Source of the DNA: the human T2T-CHM13v2.0 reference genome, Homo sapiens
Assembly: GCF_009914755.1 (NCBI RefSeq)
Contig: NC_060948.1
DNA length: 64,000 nt
Direction: 5' to 3' (one strand)
Each line of letters opens with the position of its first letter. Position 1 is the stretch's first letter. A program made the translations under genes and the position numbers. Of the stretch, positions 57,085-64,000 are shown in pieces. Below the pieces are notes generated by a model. It searched no databases and was not told the DNA's origin. It was given only the letters and a program-made list of their open reading frames with translations.

Positions 57085-60000
57085 GAATTCATTGGAATGG
57101 AAGGGAATGTAGTGTAATGGACAGGCCTGGAATAAAGTGGAATGCTACGGTCTCGAATGGAATAAAAATGTATGGAATGGAATGCAATGAAACGGAATCG
57201 AATGTCATAGAATGTAATGGAATGCAACAAAATGGAATCCAAAATCATTGACTGGAAAGGCTGGGTGTCGAAAGGAATTGACTCCAATGGAATGGAATCG
57301 AATGGAATGGAAGTGAATAGAATCGAACTAAATCGAATGGAATGGAATTGATAGGAACGGAATGGAGAGGAATGCAATGATTTGGCATGGAATGCAATCG
57401 AATGGCATCGAATGGAATGGAATGGAATGCAATGGAATGGAATGTATTAGAATGTAATGAACTTTAATGGAATGTACTCGAATGGATTCGACTGGAATGG
57501 AATGTTCTGGAAGTGAATGGACTCCAATGGAATGGATTCAAAAGGAATGGAATCGTACGGAATGGAATCTAATGGAATGGAATTAAATGGAAATGAATCA
57601 AATTGAATAGCACGGAATTGAATTGAATGGAATGGAATGCAATGGAATCTAATGAAACGGAAAGGAAAGGAATGGAATGGAATGGAATGGGCTGGAATGG
57701 AAAGGAATCGAAACGAATGGAATGGAATCGAAGTGAAGAGACTGGAATGGAATGCACTGGAATGGAAGGGAGTGTAATGGAAGGTTCTCGAAAAAAATGG
57801 AATCGAATGGAATGGAATTGAATGGAACGGAATAGAGTCGAATGGAATTGAATGGAATGGAATGGACTAGAGTGAAATGGAATCGAACCACAAGGAATGG
57901 ACAGGAATAGAATGGTCTCGAATTGAATGGAATCGTATGGAATGGCATCAAACGGAATGGAATGGACAGCCACGGAATGGAATGCACTCGAATGCAATGG
58001 AGTCGAAACTAATGGACTGGAATAGAATGGACTCGACTGGTACGGACTCCAATGGAATGGAATCGAATGGAAGGGAATCGAACGGAATGGACTCGAAGGG
58101 AAAAGACTGCAATGGAAAGGTCTCGAATGGAATGGAAATTAATGGAATGGAATGGAATCGAATGAAATGGAGTCAAAAGGAATGGAATCGAATGGCAAGA
58201 AATCGAATGTAATGGAATCGCAAGGAATTGATGTGAACGGAACGGAATGGAATGGAATCCAAAGGAATGGAATAGAATGGAATGGAATCGAATGGAAAGG
58301 ACTCGAATGGAAATCACTCGAATAGAATGCAATTTAATAAAATAGGATCAAATGTAATGGAATGGAATGGAAAGGAATCGAAACGAAAGGAATGGAGACA
58401 GATGGAATGGAATGGAACAGAGAGCAATGGTATAGAATGGAATGGAATCATCTGGAATGGAATTGAATGGAATGGAATAATATGAAATGGAATGGAATGG
58501 AATGGAATGGAATGCCCTTGAATTAAATGGACTGGAATGGAATGGACTCGAACAGAGTGGAATGGAAAGTGTTGAGATAGAATGGAATGGACTCGTTTGG
58601 AATGGTCTAGTATGCAATGCAATCGACTGGCAGGGAATCAAAAGGAATGTAATGGAATGGATTGGACTGGAATGCAATGGACTCGAATAGATTGGAAACG
58701 GAATGCAAAGGAATGGAATGGAATAGTATGGAATGGAATGGAAAGGAATGGAGTGGAATAGACTAGAGTGGAATGGAATGGACTGGAAAGCAATAGACTG
58801 GAATGGAACTTTCTTGAATGGACTGGAATCAAACGGAATGGAATGCAATGCAATCAAATGGCATGGAATAAAATAGAATGAAAGAGAATCAAATGGAATT
58901 GAATCGAATGGAATCGAATGGATTGGAAAGGAATAGAATGGAATGGAATGGAATTGACTCAAATGGAATGGACTAGAATGGAATGGATTCGAATGGAAGG
59001 CAAAGGAATGGAATCTATTGGAATGGACTGTAATGGAATGGAATGGAAGGGATTGGAATGGACTCGAATGGAATGGACTGCAATAGAAAGGATTCGAATG
59101 GAATGAAAAAGAATTGAATGGAATAGAACAGAATGGAATCAAATCGAATGAAATGGAGTGGAATAGAAAGGAATGGAATGAAATGGAATGGAAAGGATTC
59201 GAATGGAATGCAATCGAATGGAATGGAATCGAACGGAATGGAATAAAATGGAAGAAAACTGGCAAGAAATGGAATCGAAATGAATGGAGTGTTATGGAAC
59301 GGACTCAAAAGGAATTGAATGTAATAGAATGGAGTGGAGTGGACTCGAATATAATGGACTGGAATGGAATGAAATCACATGGAATGGGAACGAATGGAAT
59401 GGAATGGAAAGGAATGGAATCGAATGGAAAGGAATCGAATGGAAGGGAATGAAATTGAATCAACAGGAATGGAAGGGAATAGAATAGACGGTAATGGAAT
59501 GGACTCGAATTGAATGGACACGAATGCTCAAATTGAATGGACTCGAATGGAATGGAAACGAAAGGAATGTCATCGAATGGAATTGAATCGATTGGAATGA
59601 AATCGCATAGAATGGAGTGGAATCAAATGGAATTGAATCGAAAGGAAAGGAAGCGAATGGACTGAAATGAAATGGAATGGAATTGAATGGAAAGTAATGC
59701 AATGGAATAGAATGGAACGAAATTTCACGGAATGGAATCAAACTGAATGGAATCAAACCAATGGAATCAAATCAAATGGAATGGAAAGGAATTGAATGGA
59801 GTAGATTGGATTGGATGGGATTGGAATGAAATGTACTGGAAAGGACTCGAATTTCATGAAACGGAATGGAATGAATTGGAACGGAACGGACTCGAATGGA
59901 ATGGAATGTCATGGAATGGCATCAAATGGAATGGCATCAAATGGAATGGAATCGAATGCAATGGAATGCTATGGAATGGAATGGAATGCATTTTAATGGA

Positions 60001-60633
60001 ATGTCCTCTAATGGAATGGATTCGAGTGGAATGGAATCGAATATAATGGAGTCGAATGAAATGGAATTGAAAGGAATGGGATCAAATACAATGGAATATA
60101 CTGGAATGTAATGTAATGAACTCGAATGTAATTGACTGGAATGGAATGTACATGAATGGAATGTAATCGAATGGAAAGTAATCCAATGGAATAGAATCTA
60201 ATGCAATAAAATCGACTCAGATAGAGTAGAATGTAATGGAATGGAGTGCAGTGCAATGGAATGGAATGGAATGCAATGGAATGGAATGGAATGGAATGGA
60301 ATGGAATGGAATGGAATGGTGTGGAATGGATAGTAATGGACTGGAGTGAAATGGACTGGAAAGGAATGGACTCAAATTGAATGGGCTCGAAAGGAATGGA
60401 GTCAAATGGAATGGTCTGGAATGGAATGAACACGAATGTAATGCAATCCAATAGAATGGAATCGAATGGCATGGAATATAAAGAAATGGAATCGAAGAGA
60501 ATGGAAACAAATGGAATGGAATTGAATGGAATGGAATTGAATGGAATGGGAAGGAATGGAGTGAAATTGTATGCAGTAGAAGAGAATAGAATGGAATGCA
60601 AGTGAAAGGAAAGGAATGGATTGGAATGGAATG
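57085..60633 (+). repeat. Unit 17 (3549 bp), copy of unit 14
   Basis: Same length and markers as unit 14, offset 10667. Confidence 0.92.
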
Positions 60634-63600
60634 GAATTCATTGGAATGGAAGGGAATGTAGTGTAATGGACAGGCCTGGAATAAAGTGGAATGCTACGGT
60701 CTCGAATGGTATAAAAATGTATGGAATGGAATGCAATAAAACGGAATCGAATGTCATAGAATGTAATGGAATGCAAAAAAATGGAATCCAAAATCATTGA
60801 CTGGAAAGGCTGGGTGTCGAAAGGAATTGACTCCAATGGAATGGAATCGAATGGAATGGAAGTGAATAGAATCGAACTAAATCGAATGGAATGGAATTGA
60901 TAGGAACGGAATGGAAAGGAATGCAATGATTTGGCATGGAATGGAATCGAATGGCATCGAATGGAATGGAATGGAATGCAATGGAATGGAATGTATTAGA
61001 ATGTAATGACCTTTAATGGAATGTACTCGAATGGATTCGACTGGAATGGAATGTTCTGGAAGTGAATGGACTCCAATGGAATGGATTCCAAAGGAATGGA
61101 ATCGTACGGAATGGAATCTAATGGAATGGAATTAAATGGAAATGAATCAAATTGAATAGCACGGAATTGAATTGAATGGAATGGAATGCAATGGAATCTA
61201 ATGAAACGGAAAGGAAAGGAATGGAATGGAATGGAATGGGCTGGAATGGAAAGGAATCGAAACGAATGCAATGGAATCGAACTGAAGAGACTGGAATGGA
61301 ATGCACTGGAATGGAAGGGAGTGTAATGGAAGGTTCTCGAAAAAAATGGAATGGAATGGAATGGAATTGAATGGAACGGAATAGAGTCGAATGGAATTGA
61401 ATGGAATGGAATGGACTAGAGTGAAATGGAATCGAACCACAAGGAATGGACAGGAATAGAATGGTCTCGAATTGAATGGAATCGTATGGAATGGCATCAA
61501 ACGGAATGGAATGGACAGCCACGGAATGGAATGCACTCGAATGCAATGGAGTCGAAACTAATGGACTGGAATAGAATGGACTCGACTGGTACGGACTCCA
61601 ATGGAATGGAATCGAATGGAAGGGAATCGAACGGAATGGACTCGAAGGGAAAAGACTGCAATGGAAAGGTCTCGAATGGAATGGAAATTAATGGAATGGA
61701 ATGGAATCGAATGAAATGGAGTCAAAAGGAATGGAATCGAATGGCAAGAAATCGAATGTAATGGAATCGCAAGGAATTGATGTGAACGGAACGGAATGGA
61801 ATGGAATCCAAAGGAATGGAATAGAATGGAATGGAATCGAATGGAAAGGACTCGAATGGAAATCACTCGAATAGAATGCAATTTAATAAAATAGGATCAA
61901 ATGTAATGGAATGGAATGGAAAGGAATCGAAACGAAAGGAATGGAGACAGATGGAATGGAATGGAACAGAGAGCAATGGTATAGAATGGAATGGAATCAT
62001 CTGGAATGGAATTGAATGGAATGGAATAATATGAAATGGAATGGAATGGAATGGAATGCCCTTGAATTAAATGGACTGGAATGGAATGGACTCGAACAGA
62101 GTGGAATGGAAAGTGTTGAGATAGAATGGAATGGACTCCTTTGGAATGGTCTAGTAGGCAATGCAATCGACTGGCAGGGAATCAAAAGGAATGTAATGGA
62201 ATGGATTGGACTGGAATGCAATGGACTCGAATAGATTGGAAACGGAATGCAAAGGAATGGAATGGAATAGTATGGAATGGAATGGAAAGGAATGCAGTGG
62301 AATAGACTAGAGTGGAATGGAATGGACTGGAAAGCAATGGACTGGAATGGAACTTTATTGAATGGACTGGAATCAAACGGAATGGAATGCAATGCAATCA
62401 AATGGCATGGAATAAAATAGAATGAAAGAGAATCAAATGGAATTGAATCGAATGGAATCGAATGGATTGGAAAGGAATAGAATGGAATGGAATGGAATTG
62501 ACTCAAATGGAATGGACTAGAATGGAATGGATTCGAATGGAAGGCAAAGGAATGGAATCTATTGGAATGGACTGTAATGGAATGGAATGGAAGGGATTGG
62601 AATGGACTCGAATGCAATGGACTGCAATAGAAAGGATTCGAATGGAATGAAAAAGAATTGAATGGAATAGAACAGAATGGAATCAAATCGAATGAAATGG
62701 AATGGAATAGAAAGGAATGGAATGAAATGGAATGGAAAGGATTCGAATGGAATGCAATCGAATGGAATGGAATCGAACGGAATGGAATAAAATGGAAGAA
62801 AACTGGCAAGAAATGGAATCGAAATGAATGGAGTGTTATGGAACGGACTCAAAAGGAATTGAATGTAATAGAATGGAGTGGAGTGGACTCGAATATAATG
62901 GACTGGAATGGAATGAAATCACATGGAATGGGAACGAATGGAATGGAATGGAAAGGAATGGAATCGAATGGAAAGGAATCGAATGGAAGGGAATGAAATT
63001 GAATCAACAGGAATGGAAGGGAATAGAATAGACGGTAATGGAATGGACTCGAATAGAATGGACACGAATGCTCAAATTGAATGGACTCGAATGGAATGGA
63101 AACGAAAGGAATGTCATCGAATGGAATTGAATCGATTGGAATGAAATCGCATAGAATGGAGTGGAATCAAATGGAATTGAATCGAAAGGAAAGGAAGCGA
63201 ATGGACTGAAATGAAATGGAATGGAATTGAATGGAAAGTAATGCAATGGAATAGAATGGAACGAAATTTCACGGAATGGAATCAAACTGAATGGAATCAA
63301 ACCAATGGAATCAAATCAAATGGAATGGAAAGGAATTGAATGGAGTAGATTGGATTGGATGGGATTGGAATGAAATGTACTGGAAAGGACTCGAATTTCA
63401 TGAAACGGAATGGAATGAATTGGAACGGAACGGACTCGAATGGAATGGAATGTCATGGAATGGCATCAAATGGAATGGCATCAAATGGAATGGAATCGAA
63501 TGCAATGGAATGCTATGGAATGGAATGGAATGCATTTTAATGGAATGTCCTCTAATGGAATGGATTCGAGTGGAATGGAATCGAATATAATGGAGTCGAA

Positions 63601-64000
63601 TGAAATGGAATTGAAAGGAATGGGATCGAATACAATGGAATATACTGGAATGTAATGTAATGAACTCGAATGTAATTGACTGGAATGGAATGTACATGAA
63701 TGGAATGTAATCGAATGGAAAGTAATCCAATGGAATAGAATCTAATGCAATAAAATCGACTCAGATAGAGTAGAATGTAATGGAATGGAGTGCAGTGCAA
63801 TGGAATGGAATGGAATGGAATGCAATGGAATGGAATGGAATGGAATGGAATGGAATGGAATGGAATGGAATGGTGTGGAATGGATAGTAATGGACTGGAG
63901 TGAAATGGACTGGAAAGGAATGGACTCAAATTGTAAGGGCTCGAAAGGAATGGAGTCAAATGGAATAGTCTGGAATGGAATGAACACGAATGTAATGCAA
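60634..64000 (+). repeat. Unit 18 (partial), copy of unit 15 until ~63.9 kb
   Basis: GAATTC at 60634, unit 15 markers at offset 10667, truncated by the window end. Confidence 0.9.

Larger units (their letters stand above)
43620..63900 (+). repeat. Higher-order tandem duplication, ~1.9 x 10667 bp (trimer of units)
   Basis: ORFs 43646/54313, 46902/57569, 50451/61118 and 52624/63291 are all offset 10667, and rare variants are shared. Confidence 0.88.
1..64000 (+). repeat. DYZ1: Human satellite 3 (GGAAT)n array, DYZ1-type (Yq12) ~3.56 kb tandem macro-repeat, ~18 copies, GGAAT strand on +
   Basis: Every line is GGAAT or a 1-2 base variant (CGAAT, GCAAT, GGACT, TGAAT). Unique landmarks (gacaggcctgg, gacagccacgg, gcccttgaatt, aaaactggcaag, gactcagatagag) recur every 3529-3578 bp. 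One EcoRI and one HaeIII site per unit, and units of exactly 3564 bp, match the established DYZ1 unit. The Y assignment is from recalled knowledge, not a search. Confidence 0.93.

Noticed and set aside
7-63987. Hundreds of ORFs (MEWNG-rich on +, IPFHS-rich on -), up to 310 aa, for example 26358-27290
   Set aside because: A pure GGAAT repeat has no stop codon in any frame on either strand and supplies frequent ATGs. The ORFs overlap in several frames and are freely frameshifted by 5-bp indels between copies, so there is no sign of coding constraint.
1-64000. CRISPR-like repeat/spacer organisation
   Set aside because: There are no constant repeats separated by unique spacers. Variant pentamers recur identically in each 3.56 kb unit and there are no cas genes.
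1-64000. HSat2 or telomeric repeat identity
   Set aside because: The sequence lacks the regular CATTCGATTC-based ~23-26 bp HSat2 unit and any TTAGGG runs. The GGAAT dominance and 3.56 kb period fit HSat3/DYZ1.
1-64000. Embedded DYZ2 (AT-rich plus Alu) unit, L1/Alu insertion or inversion
   Set aside because: Landmark spacing never departs from 3529-3578 bp, and no ATTCC-strand or non-satellite stretch was seen.

Overview
The whole 64 kb window is one uninterrupted, single-orientation array of GGAAT/ATTCC pentamer satellite (human satellite 3). It is built from about 18 tandem copies of a ~3.56 kb unit (3529-3578 bp), each with one EcoRI and one HaeIII site about 40 bp apart. Unit size, restriction pattern and pentamer content match the Y-chromosome DYZ1 (Yq12 heterochromatin) repeat. 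I found no gene, RNA gene, transposon, CRISPR array or inversion, and all listed ORFs are artefacts of a stop-free pentamer. I see no evidence of a new coding system. The informative signal is the array's internal history, read from shared variants: a near-perfect 7137 bp dimer duplication (~7.0-21.7 kb), a near-perfect 10667 bp trimer duplication (~43.6-63.9 kb) with a nested monomer duplication and traces of an older trimer copy, a ~6.7 kb block recurring at a 7-unit (~24.98 kb) distance, chimeric units with mappable junctions, two variant-dense islands and three length-variable hotspots per unit. All comparisons were made by eye and from ORF-track offsets, not by alignment.
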